Below, piece by piece: positions 18,786-27,240 of a stretch of 64,000 nucleotides of DNA. Numbering within the stretch: position 1 is the stretch's first letter; each line of letters opens with the position of its first letter. Position numbers and translations under genes: made by a program. This DNA is from Candidatus Lustribacter sp. (GTDB taxonomy: Bacteria > Vulcanimicrobiota > Vulcanimicrobiia > Vulcanimicrobiales > Vulcanimicrobiaceae). The notes under the pieces were generated by a model. The model had not been told where the DNA came from, ran no database searches, and was given only the letters and a program-made list of their open reading frames with translations. The stretch is taken from positions 1,211,338 to 1,275,337 of the forward strand of contig OZ255707.1 of the NCBI GenBank assembly GCA_965277075.1, written 5' to 3'.

Positions 18786-19676
18786 TCAGCCGCCGAGCGC
18801 AGAGAGCGGCACGAAGTCGGCGCCGTCGCGCTGCGCACGATCGGCGAACCGTGCGAGCGCGTCGAACGACAGCGTTCGGGCGTGAATGGCGACGATCGCC
18901 GAACCGGTTCGCTGCGCCATCGCCAGCGCGTCGCGCAGCATGAAATCGACGTAGGGAGCGTCGTCGCGCGCATCGGCGATGACGTCTCGCACGAGCGCAC
19001 GGTGCGCGGTCGCGCGCGCTGCGCCGGCGACCGCGTCGTCTTCGGTGAGCGCGGCGTCGACGACGAGCGTGCGACGGCCGATCGTTCGCATCAGTTGGCG
19101 CGATCGCAGTTCGTTGAGCGAGGCGATCACGGCTGACGCACAGTCGCGCAGCAGCGCGGCAACCGCGCGCGGCGTCGCGTCGTTTCCATCGATCACCGCA
19201 AACTTGCCGGCGTTACGGATCGCGTCGCACGTCGCGCGCGCGTTGTCGTCGGCGGGCGCAACCACGAGGTTGATCGGGAACGGCGAATCGACGAATTGAT
19301 CGATCGCGCCGCCCGCGCGGCCGGCGTCGACGACCAGGACGGCAATCTTTGCGCGGTCGCGGCGCGCATCGAAGCCGTTACGTCGCGTGTAATCGGCGAC
19401 CGCGAGCGATGGATCGCCGTAGGGATCTGCGCCGACGGCGGCATCGAGGGAATGCGTCCCGAGGAGTTGGCGTGTGAAAAGCCGCTGGCGAATCGGCGAC
19501 GGTAACGCGGCCTCGTCGTTGCGCGCCGGCGGCAGCGCACCGGCCGCGCCGATCGAACGGCCACCCGCGAATCCCGCCGCGATTGAAATCGCGGCGGCAA
19601 CGAGAACGACGAACCAGAACGCGGTCGAGAAACCCCTCACATAATCGGTGTTCGGCGTTCCGAGGAGATCGCCCAT
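18786..19676 (-). CDS. Membrane-anchored degenerate YibQ-like (divergent polysaccharide deacetylase fold) protein
   Basis: Only the C-terminal 296 aa of track ORF 18786..20777 look real: MGDLLGTPNTDYVRGFSTAFWFVVLVAAAISIAAGF..KIAVLVVDAGRAGG...IVAIHARTLSFDALARFADRAQRDGADFVPLSAL. An alternative start is GTG 19640, which makes a GTGA overlap with the rodA stop. It is colinear with the YibQ protein at 6280-7365 but lacks the HLPM, NNHEGS and GHP motifs. Confidence 0.6.
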   Translation of the reverse strand: MGDLLGTPNTDYVRGFSTAFWFVVLVAAAISIAAGFAGGRSIGAAGALPPARNDEAALPSPIRQRLFTRQLLGTHSLDAAVGADPYGDPSLAVADYTRRNGFDARRDRAKIAVLVVDAGRAGGAIDQFVDSPFPINLVVAPADDNARATCDAIRNAGKFAVIDGNDATPRAVAALLRDCASAVIASLNELRSRQLMRTIGRRTLVVDAALTEDDAVAGAARATAHRALVRDVIADARDDAPYVDFMLRDALAMAQRTGSAIVAIHARTLSFDALARFADRAQRDGADFVPLSALGG

Positions 19677-20929
19677 ACCATCGCGACCAAAAGAAAATTC
19701 GTCACCAGGGAGCTTCCGCCGTAGGAAACAAACGGCAGCGTGATCCCGGTGAGCGGAAAGAGGCGCAGCACGCCGCCGACGATGATGACGACCTGAAATC
19801 CGAGCGTCGCCGCGAGGCCCGTCGCGAGGAGTTTTGCATACAGGTCGGGCTGGCGCTGGGCCACCGCGAGCGCGCGCACGATCAAAGCGAGGAACGCCAG
19901 CCCGAGCACGATCGCGCCAAGCGCGCCCCATTCTTCGGTGTAGGCCGCATAAACGTAGTCGGTCGCGACGTCCGGGATGTACTCCGGGTGGCCCCCGTGA
20001 TAGCCGGCGCCGAACAGTCCGCCCCCCGCGAGCGCGTAGAGCGACTGCACCGTCTGGTAACCCGCGCCGTACCGATCGGCGAACGGATCGTGCCACACGG
20101 CAATGCGCGCTTGCACGTAGGGGTAGTGCGTCGCCGCCCACACGGCGGCAGCACCGAAGATCGCGGTACAACCGGCGATCAAATCGATGCGTCGCGTCGC
20201 GACGTAGAGCATCGAGGCGAACGTCGCAAAGAGCAGCGTCGCCATGCCGAGATCCCGTTCGAAGACGAGGATCGTCATCGAAACGCCCCACCCGATGAAG
20301 AGCGGCCCGAGATATTTTGCGTTCGCGCGCAGTGACCACGGCTTCGTACGCGCGATCACGTCGGCCGTGCCGGCGAGATACGACGCCATGAACAGCACGA
20401 CGAGCAGCTTGATCACTTCGACCGGTTCGAACTGTACGGCGCCGACGCGAATCCATAAGCGCGCTCCGTTCACCTGTTCGCCGAAGAGCGCCAGCGCGAC
20501 GAACAGCAGGATCGCGACGACGATCCACACGTACGTGTATGCGGCGAGCACGCGGAAGCGCGTGAGCGCAGGGCCTGCTACGAGCGCGAGCGCGAGCGAA
20601 AACGCCAGCAGCCACGCCTGCCGTGCTGCCAGCTCGGGCGAAAGTCGCGCCACGAGCAGCAGTCCGATCGCCGCGACCGTGACGGCGATCGCCGGGAGCG
20701 TGTCGTCGCGTTCGGTCGGGTACGGCTGCATGACGACCCACGCCAACGCCAATACGCCGAGCGCCGCGAGCAGCCACGGCGGACCGACGTGCGGCGCCGC
20801 GAGCGAGAGAACGGCGCCGCCGAAGGCGATTGCAATCGCCATCGGCGCGACCGCGTGCAGCAACGCCGTGGCGCGCTGCAGGCGGGGATCAGGGGCCAAG
20901 AAACGTGTGGAAAATTGCGGCCGCGACAA
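19637..20929 (-). CDS. SEDS family protein (FtsW/RodA/SpoVE)
   Basis: 430 aa, polytopic. Contains ...LWIRVGAVQFEPVEVIKLLVVLFMASYL...DLGMATLLFATF...LPFVSYGGSSLVTNF. Confidence 0.88.
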   Translation of the reverse strand: MSRPQFSTRFLAPDPRLQRATALLHAVAPMAIAIAFGGAVLSLAAPHVGPPWLLAALGVLALAWVVMQPYPTERDDTLPAIAVTVAAIGLLLVARLSPELAARQAWLLAFSLALALVAGPALTRFRVLAAYTYVWIVVAILLFVALALFGEQVNGARLWIRVGAVQFEPVEVIKLLVVLFMASYLAGTADVIARTKPWSLRANAKYLGPLFIGWGVSMTILVFERDLGMATLLFATFASMLYVATRRIDLIAGCTAIFGAAAVWAATHYPYVQARIAVWHDPFADRYGAGYQTVQSLYALAGGGLFGAGYHGGHPEYIPDVATDYVYAAYTEEWGALGAIVLGLAFLALIVRALAVAQRQPDLYAKLLATGLAATLGFQVVIIVGGVLRLFPLTGITLPFVSYGGSSLVTNFLLVAMVWAISSERRTPIM

Positions 20930-21734
20930 GCGAGAAGATCACCAGAATCGTGAGCGCGAGCGCCGCATTGCGTACGCAAAACGCGCGACCGCCGTCATCG
21001 GGCGCAGCCGCTTCGGTCAACGCCCGGCCGACGATAACGGTTCCGGCGAAATTGCCGCCGCGCATGCGCCCGACTTCGAGGAGCCGCTGCGTGACCGACT
21101 CGGATGAATCCGTCGTGCGCAACGTCGTCGCGATTTCATCTTCGGTGATCGTGGAGTGAAACGCGCCGGTCGCGAGCACGAGCGCATCGCCGTCGACGAG
21201 ACGCACGTTGCTCACCGTCGCGTCGAGCGTCGGCTGCGCGCCGAGGGTACGCGTGAGAATATGTCCCGTCATCGCGTCCGTCGAGGCGCTGGTCCACGGC
21301 GGCGACCAGCCGTCACCGGCGAGTTCGTCGTCGCTCGTGAGCGCCATGAGCGCGTCTTCGCGGCAGAGGTACGCGCGCGTTCGGCCGACGTGCGCGATGT
21401 GCGCGCGGTCGCCGACGATTAGCGCGACCGAGATCGAGGTTCCCGAGGCGACGTGATCGTCGTGGCTGCCGGAGTGGGCGAACACGCGCGCATTCGCGGT
21501 GGAGAGCGCCGCGATCAGCGATGCGCGTGCGTCACGGCCGTCGGATCGTACCCGGCGGCGCAAAGCGTCGCGAACGGCCGTCACGGCGACGAGCGGCGCG
21601 CCCTGTCCGCGAATATTGCCGAAGCCTTCGGCGACCGCCAACAGCACGACGCCCTTGCCGATCATCTCTGCGATGTGAGCTTCGATTTGCCCACGGGAAC
21701 CCGCACCCGGTTTGGACCCGACCGCTATTTCCAC
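20889..21734 (-). CDS. PP2C-fold protein with C-terminal TM anchor, catalytic Asp residues replaced (pseudophosphatase candidate)
   Basis: Colinear with PstP-type PP2C, but the motifs read IEAHIAE (for RxxNED), AVAEGFGN (ADGMGG), HVGRTRAY (GDSR), LATGAFH (SDGL) and GGNFAGTVIV (GG.DN.TVV). The C-terminal helix is ALALTILVIFSLVAAAIF. Confidence 0.65.
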   Translation of the reverse strand: MEIAVGSKPGAGSRGQIEAHIAEMIGKGVVLLAVAEGFGNIRGQGAPLVAVTAVRDALRRRVRSDGRDARASLIAALSTANARVFAHSGSHDDHVASGTSISVALIVGDRAHIAHVGRTRAYLCREDALMALTSDDELAGDGWSPPWTSASTDAMTGHILTRTLGAQPTLDATVSNVRLVDGDALVLATGAFHSTITEDEIATTLRTTDSSESVTQRLLEVGRMRGGNFAGTVIVGRALTEAAAPDDGGRAFCVRNAALALTILVIFSLVAAAIFHTFLGP

Positions 21735-22138
21735 GTCCCGACCCCTCGGAAGATGATCGATGCTGCTCCGATTCCGATTTCATCGCCGCCGGTCAACCGT
21801 TGACCCGCCGAGACGACGCCGTTGACCGTGGAGCCGTTACGGCTTCCTAGGTCCTCGACGTACACCCCATCATCCCGCATTTCGATCCGCGCGTGCAAGC
21901 GGCTGACGCGCGGATCGTCGATGCGCACGTCGGCCGTTGGCGCGCGACCGACCAGAATCCGCCGCCCGAAGCGACGGGTCGCAATCGTCGCGCCGTCGTC
22001 GACGACCACCTCGATGCCGGCCGGGATCGTGGCGTCGAGCGCCGGCCGTGGCGGCGGACCGCGACGGTCACGAACGACGGTCACGAAGAACGCCAGACCT
22101 GCCGTTATCGCCAGCGTCGCGTAGCGCGGATCAGCCAC
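21725..22138 (-). CDS. FHA domain protein with N-terminal TM helix (FhaB/FipA-like)
   Basis: The GTG at 22138 overlaps the upstream stop. Sequence: VADPRYATLAITAGLAFFVTVV...ILVGRAPTADVRIDDPRVSRLHARIEMRDDGVYVEDLGSRNGSTVNG. The N-terminal part of the track ORF is a shadow extension. Confidence 0.8.
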   Translation of the reverse strand: MADPRYATLAITAGLAFFVTVVRDRRGPPPRPALDATIPAGIEVVVDDGATIATRRFGRRILVGRAPTADVRIDDPRVSRLHARIEMRDDGVYVEDLGSRNGSTVNGVVSAGQRLTGGDEIGIGAASIIFRGVGTWK

Positions 22139-22730
22139 GAATCTCGAGCACCGTCTCACCGATGACGACCGACGTGCCCGCCGCGAGCGGCGCGCGCCGA
22201 ATTCGCGTTCCGTCGACGAACGTTCCGTTCGACGAATCATGGTCTTCGATCGCAAAACCGTTGCCGTCCGCGACGACGAGCGCATGCCGTCGGGACACGC
22301 GACCGTCGCGAACGATGACATCGTTGTCGTCGCTTCGTCCGATACGCAAGCCGTCGCGCAGCGGCTCGCGTTCGCCGTCCGGTCGAACGATCGCCAGCGC
22401 GAGCGGGCGGTCATCGACGAGCGCTTCGATCGTCACCGAACCGGCCACGACGGCTGCGTCTTCGTAGAGTACCGCACGCGGACGTTCACCGTCGCAGTGT
22501 TCCCGCAACATCGCACTCCAACGCGCTTCGAGAAACGTCCGATCCGCTGCGAAACGCACGTGATCGACCGGGTGTACGCGAACGAGAAAGGTATCGGTCG
22601 GAGTTGCCGCTTGCGCGGCGATCAGTTTGCGTCCGACGTGTTCGGGTTCGAGCGCACTCGGGAAGATGCGCGCGAACGTTCCCTCGACGACCTGCGCGCA
22701 GAGCAGCTCGAAGCGCGCGACGGCGTTCAC
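22131..22730 (-). CDS. FhaA-like protein (DUF3662 N-domain plus FHA)
   Basis: N-terminus MNAVARFELLCAQVVEGTFARIFPSALEPEHVGRKL and C-terminal FHA (LRIGRSDDNDVIVRDGRVSRRHALVVADGNGFAIEDHDSSNGTFVDG). An ATGA overlap joins it to the rsmB stop. Confidence 0.8.
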   Translation of the reverse strand: MNAVARFELLCAQVVEGTFARIFPSALEPEHVGRKLIAAQAATPTDTFLVRVHPVDHVRFAADRTFLEARWSAMLREHCDGERPRAVLYEDAAVVAGSVTIEALVDDRPLALAIVRPDGEREPLRDGLRIGRSDDNDVIVRDGRVSRRHALVVADGNGFAIEDHDSSNGTFVDGTRIRRAPLAAGTSVVIGETVLEIRG

Positions 22731-24079
22731 GGCCGCTGCAGCACCGCGATATAGAAACCGTCGCGCCCGTCGAGACCCGGCGGAACGAGCACGTCGCCGG
22801 CCGGCGTCGCGAACGGCGCGTAGCGGGAAGGAAGCGGCGCGCGCGTAAACGCCGAGTGCGCCGCGAGAAACGGTTCGATCACGCCTTCCGACTCACGCCG
22901 GTCGGTCGAGCAAACGGCGTAAACGAGCCGACCACCGGACACGAGTACGTTCGCGCACGATGACAGGATCGCGCTCTGCACGGGGGCGAGACGGTCGCCG
23001 TCACCGGGTTTTTTGCGCCAGCGCGCCTCCGGCTGACGCCCGATGATCCCGAGTCCCGAGCACGGCGCGTCGACGACAATCGCGTCGTACGTTTCCGCCG
23101 TATCGAGTGCCGTCGCATCGGCGGTCCGCACCTCTGCCGACGACGCTCCGGCGTCCACGAGCCGTACGCGCGCCAGTTCGCACTTGCGAGCGTCGTCGTC
23201 GACGGCGACGATCGTCGCACCGTCGCGTGTCGCGCTCACGATCTGCATGAGCTTGTTGCCGCGACCGCTGCAGGCGTCGAGGATCCGTTCCCCGGGTTGC
23301 GGATCGAGCAGGTCGACCGGAAAGCACGCCGCCTCCGCATGAACGTCGGCGCGGTCGCCGAGTGCTTCGCGCAACGCGGGAACGGGGACGGTGCCCGCGA
23401 TCACGATCGCGTCGGCGGCATACGGCGAGGCGTGCCCGGCGATACCGAACTCGGCGAGCCGCGCCAGCACGTCGTCCCGCGTCGCACGCCGGCGATCGAT
23501 CGAGAGCCCGACGGCGGCAGGTGCGTTGACGCCCTCGAGGATATCGTCGAGCTGCGCATCGCCGAAGCGTTCGCGCCACATCCGCACGATCCAGGTCGGC
23601 AACGAGTACAACGTTCCAAGCAGATCGTCACGGTCGGGAAATGTTGCCGCGTCGACCGGCGCCTCGGCATCTTCCGACACGCGGCGAAGAACGGCGTTGA
23701 CGAGCCCCGCGGTCCCGGCGTGACCGTAGCGGCGCGCGAGCTGGACGCTCTCGGAAACGGCGGCATACTCATGCACGCGCATCGCCCGCAGCTGATAGGT
23801 GCCCATCCGCAGAATTTCCGCAATCATGTTGGGGAGTTTCGCCGCGCGCGCGCCGAGATAGGGTGCGAGTTGGAAGTCGAGCCAGCGCCGGCGTTCGATC
23901 GTGCCGTACGCGAGTTCGGTCACGAAACTGCGATCGCGCGCGTCCAGGTTCGCGCGTCGCAGATGACGGTCGAGCGATTCGGCTGCGCCGCGCTGGTCGG
24001 GGCCGAACACGTCCTTGATGACGGCGAATGCGACGTTGCGGGCACTCGGCGCCGGTCGCGTGCTGACGCCGGCGGCCAT
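22727..24079 (-). CDS. rsmB: 16S rRNA (cytosine967-C5)-methyltransferase
   Basis: The start ATG 24079 overlaps the fmt stop (TGATG). It has a NusB-like N-domain, then ILDACSGRGNKL, DAPCSGLGIIGRQPE and VYAVCS. Confidence 0.88.
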   Translation of the reverse strand: MAAGVSTRPAPSARNVAFAVIKDVFGPDQRGAAESLDRHLRRANLDARDRSFVTELAYGTIERRRWLDFQLAPYLGARAAKLPNMIAEILRMGTYQLRAMRVHEYAAVSESVQLARRYGHAGTAGLVNAVLRRVSEDAEAPVDAATFPDRDDLLGTLYSLPTWIVRMWRERFGDAQLDDILEGVNAPAAVGLSIDRRRATRDDVLARLAEFGIAGHASPYAADAIVIAGTVPVPALREALGDRADVHAEAACFPVDLLDPQPGERILDACSGRGNKLMQIVSATRDGATIVAVDDDARKCELARVRLVDAGASSAEVRTADATALDTAETYDAIVVDAPCSGLGIIGRQPEARWRKKPGDGDRLAPVQSAILSSCANVLVSGGRLVYAVCSTDRRESEGVIEPFLAAHSAFTRAPLPSRYAPFATPAGDVLVPPGLDGRDGFYIAVLQRP

Positions 24080-25059
24080 CAGGCCGGCACCGCGAGATAG
24101 GTCGCGTCGGCGCGCCGCCCGTTCGCATACGCCTCCATCGACATCGGGCCGCGTCCCGCCGGGACGAGTTCGTCGACCGCGACCCAGCCATCCGTCGCCC
24201 GAACGTAGAGCATGCCGCGTAGCGATATCACGGCGCCGGGTCCGGTCTCCGTCGCGCCGTGCGGCGCTGCTGCAAGCCCGTGCGCACGCAAAATTTTCAG
24301 CGGCGGCAGCGGGGCGGAACCGTCGCGCGCCCCCAGCGCCGGAAATGCCGCGCCGGGCTTCGGCGCGAGCGCGCGAATGCGATCGACGAGTTCGCGCGAC
24401 GTCGCGCGCGCGGGGAGAACGCCGTCGGCCTTGGTCCACGGACGCGTGAGCGTTCGCGCGATCGCCTCGGCATCGATACCGCGTTCCCGTGCGCACCGCG
24501 CTTGCGGCGTGCGGCCGAGAACGCCGCTCGCATCGGCATCAAGCGTGTCGGCCAGCAAGGCTGCGCCGATTTCAGCGAGGCGGTCGTGAAGTTCGCCGTA
24601 CGTTTCGCGCTCACCGATGGCGAGCGGGTCCGTTTGCGCCAGTACATCGCCCGTATCCATCCCCGCGTCCATGGCAATGATCGACACGGCCGTCCACGTG
24701 CACCCGTCGCGAATCGCCGATTGGATCGGCGTCGCGCCGCGGTAGAGCGGAAGCAGCGACGGATGGATGTTGAGCCACAGCGGCACGGCATCGAGCAACG
24801 TCTGCGGAACGATGCGGCCGTACGACGCGACGACGCACCGATCCGGCATCTGCGCGCGAACGTCTGCCGCGAACTCGCGCAGCTTCGCCGGCGTACGCAC
24901 CGGCAGGCCCAGCGCGAGCGCGGCAACTTTCACCGGCGTCGCGGCAAGTTTGTGACCCCGTCCGGCCGGGCGATCCGGCTGCGTTATGACCGTCACGTTC
25001 GCGCGCGCGGCAAGCACCGCGAGACTCGGAACCGCAAAGGCGCTCGTTCCAAAGAACAA
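24079..25059 (-). CDS. fmt: Methionyl-tRNA formyltransferase
   Basis: FFGTSAFAVPSL...ITQPDRPAGRGHKL..PVK...NIHPSLLPLYRGATPIQSAI. Confidence 0.92.
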   Translation of the reverse strand: MFFGTSAFAVPSLAVLAARANVTVITQPDRPAGRGHKLAATPVKVAALALGLPVRTPAKLREFAADVRAQMPDRCVVASYGRIVPQTLLDAVPLWLNIHPSLLPLYRGATPIQSAIRDGCTWTAVSIIAMDAGMDTGDVLAQTDPLAIGERETYGELHDRLAEIGAALLADTLDADASGVLGRTPQARCARERGIDAEAIARTLTRPWTKADGVLPARATSRELVDRIRALAPKPGAAFPALGARDGSAPLPPLKILRAHGLAAAPHGATETGPGAVISLRGMLYVRATDGWVAVDELVPAGRGPMSMEAYANGRRADATYLAVPA

Positions 25060-25064
25060 CGCGT

Positions 25065-25595
25065 TCAGCGGGTCAACGCCGCTTCGGCTTCGGCCTGCTC
25101 TTCTTCGGTCTTCGCGGAGCGCACGTTCTTCGCTTTATCGATGTAGAGCACGCCGTCGAGATGGTCCATCTCGTGCTGCAGACAGCGCGCGAACCAACCC
25201 TCGGCCGGCCACTCGATTTTCTTCCCATGACGGTCGAGCCCGCTGCACACGAGACGTTCGAATCGCGTGATCTCGCCGACCATGCCGGGAACCGAGAGGC
25301 ATCCTTCCGTCGCTTCGATCTCCCCCTCGGTTGCCGAGAACTTCGGATTGATCACGACGAGCGGACCGTGCAGCTCGTCTTCATCGTTCAGATCGACGGT
25401 GAAAAGGCGTTTGCTGACGTTTACCTGCGGCGCGGCGAGCCCGATGCCCGGGGCAGCGTACATCGTCTCGAACATATCATCGATCAATTGCTGAAACATC
25501 GGGTCGGCAATCGCAGCCGGGTCGACCCGTTTCGCGACTTTCCGCAAGGTCGGATGCCCGTCGGTGATGATCTCGCGCAGGTAGGCCATGGTCAC
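25065..25595 (-). CDS. def: Peptide deformylase
   Basis: The three PDF motifs are present: GIGLAAPQV, EGCLSVPG and QHEMDHL. Confidence 0.95.
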   Translation of the reverse strand: MTMAYLREIITDGHPTLRKVAKRVDPAAIADPMFQQLIDDMFETMYAAPGIGLAAPQVNVSKRLFTVDLNDEDELHGPLVVINPKFSATEGEIEATEGCLSVPGMVGEITRFERLVCSGLDRHGKKIEWPAEGWFARCLQHEMDHLDGVLYIDKAKNVRSAKTEEEQAEAEAALTR

Positions 25596-26780
25596 TCAGT
25601 ATAACGCATCGGCCGCCCGGGCGGGTTCACTTCGCCCCTCCGGAGGCGGCCCCGTGTGGTCGCCGTGCCCGTGGTCGCCGTGATCCATCGGATTCCGCCA
25701 GTTGAGGTAGACGAGCCATGCCGCGACGGCGCCGAACACGAGATTGAGCCAAAACGTGTAGTCGATCGAAACGTGAAGCAGCATCTGCACGATGTTCGGG
25801 TTCGGTTTCGGCACCAGGTGCAACGCGTTGAACACGAGGTCCATCAGGATGGCGCTGGTCGCCATCGTGATGTAGAAGACGATGCCGATGTATGCCGCCA
25901 TCTTCAGGCCGTAATATTTCCGATAGACGTCGAGCAGCGGGAGCACGATGAGGTCGGCATAGAGGAACGCGAGCACGCCGCTAAAGCCGATACCGCCGGC
26001 CCAGAGGATCGCCGCCATCGGAACGTTGCCGATCGAGCAAACGAACGTGACGATTGCGATGAGCGGCCCGATGAAGCCGCCGCCGATCGTCTGCGCCCAA
26101 CCCGGCGCATCACCGAGGAAGAGCGCGTGCCAGACGCCGTTCGGGACGAACGCCGCGAGAAAGCCCGCGATCAGGAAGCCGAGTACGAGATCGGTCCACA
26201 ACATCGACCAATCCATCGCGAAGTGTTGCGCCATGACGATGGGGAAGTGCGGGTTGCGCACCTTGGCCCACCACGTTGCACCGTCAACCGTCATATCGTG
26301 ATCCATCCCCGCCTCGGCATGCGTCGCGTGCTCGCGCGCTCGTTCGATCAACGCCTTGGGATAGGTCAGCTTCACGAGCACGGTCATGATAACGATCAGC
26401 ACGACGCCGCCGATCCATTCGGCAAGCGTGAATTGCCACGCCATGAGCAACCACAGGACGATGCCGAGCTCGATCACCAGATTCGTCGACGAGAAGAGAA
26501 ATGCGAGGGACGGGATGAGCGCCGCACCCTTTGCAAACATCGAGCGTGCGATCGCAGCCGACGCGTAGGAACACGACGAGCTCGCGGCTCCGAACACCGT
26601 GGCGAGCGCGATCTCCTTCGGTCCATCGCGTCCGAGCAGTTCGCGCATGCGTTGATTCGAAACGAGCGTCTGAATCGCACCCGATATGGCGAAGCCCAAA
26701 ACGAGACTCCAGCCGACATCCCAGAACATCCCGGCGGAGAGCAACAGCGCTTCCCAAACTTTGCCGAATTGCATCATCAC
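25596..26780 (-). CDS. Permease (UPF0718/ArsP-type) with His-rich C-terminal tail
   Basis: 394 aa, polytopic. Contains FGAASSSCSYASAAIARS and FVCSIGNVPMAA. The tail is NPMDHGDHGHGDHTGPPPEG. Its stop abuts the def start. Confidence 0.6.
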   Translation of the reverse strand: MMMQFGKVWEALLLSAGMFWDVGWSLVLGFAISGAIQTLVSNQRMRELLGRDGPKEIALATVFGAASSSCSYASAAIARSMFAKGAALIPSLAFLFSSTNLVIELGIVLWLLMAWQFTLAEWIGGVVLIVIMTVLVKLTYPKALIERAREHATHAEAGMDHDMTVDGATWWAKVRNPHFPIVMAQHFAMDWSMLWTDLVLGFLIAGFLAAFVPNGVWHALFLGDAPGWAQTIGGGFIGPLIAIVTFVCSIGNVPMAAILWAGGIGFSGVLAFLYADLIVLPLLDVYRKYYGLKMAAYIGIVFYITMATSAILMDLVFNALHLVPKPNPNIVQMLLHVSIDYTFWLNLVFGAVAAWLVYLNWRNPMDHGDHGHGDHTGPPPEGRSEPARAADALY

Positions 26781-26781
26781 A

Positions 26782-27198
26782 CTAAGGCGCGTGTCCGTAC
26801 CACGCTTGTAACCAGTTCCGCATCTGTGCGATCTCTTGGTTTTGGCTCTTGATGATTTCTCGCGCGAGCGCCTTTAGCTCGGGATGCGTTCCTCTGAGAA
26901 GTTCGATGTTCGCCATATCGACGGCAGATTGATGGTGCGGGATCATCATGACCATGAAGTCGCGGTCTTGAACACCGGTGAGCGCCGACTTCGACATCGC
27001 TTGCATCATGTGCGTCATCGCGGCATTCATCTCGGTGTCGCCGGCCGATTGCGATGCCATGCGCATGTCGCCGGTGCTCGTCGACTGCTCCGCAGCGACT
27101 ACAACAGGTCGCAATGTGACCGCTGTACCGCTGCCGAGAATGATTCCGAGCGCGAGCATCGCGGTACCGATTCGAAGGTGTTTCATGTGTGTCCTCAC
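26782..27198 (-). CDS. DUF305 family protein (secreted, metal-homeostasis associated)
   Basis: Signal-like N-terminus, then DRDFMVMMIPHHQSAVDMA...LAREIIKSQNQEIAQMRNWL, the hallmark of DUF305. The start is 27198 or 27186. Confidence 0.75.
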   Translation of the reverse strand: MRTHMKHLRIGTAMLALGIILGSGTAVTLRPVVVAAEQSTSTGDMRMASQSAGDTEMNAAMTHMMQAMSKSALTGVQDRDFMVMMIPHHQSAVDMANIELLRGTHPELKALAREIIKSQNQEIAQMRNWLQAWYGHAP

Positions 27199-27240
27199 TT
27201 GTACGAACGTCGTGGGAATGATGGGCGTCCACCGAACGGC

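Noticed and set aside
18786-20777. 663-aa track ORF spanning the rodA region
   Set aside because: Its N-terminal two-thirds is Arg/Ala/Gly-rich low-complexity sequence in a frame overlapping the clearly real SEDS gene (19637..20929). Only the last 296 codons, after an internal ATG/GTG at the rodA stop, look like protein. This is a typical high-GC shadow ORF.
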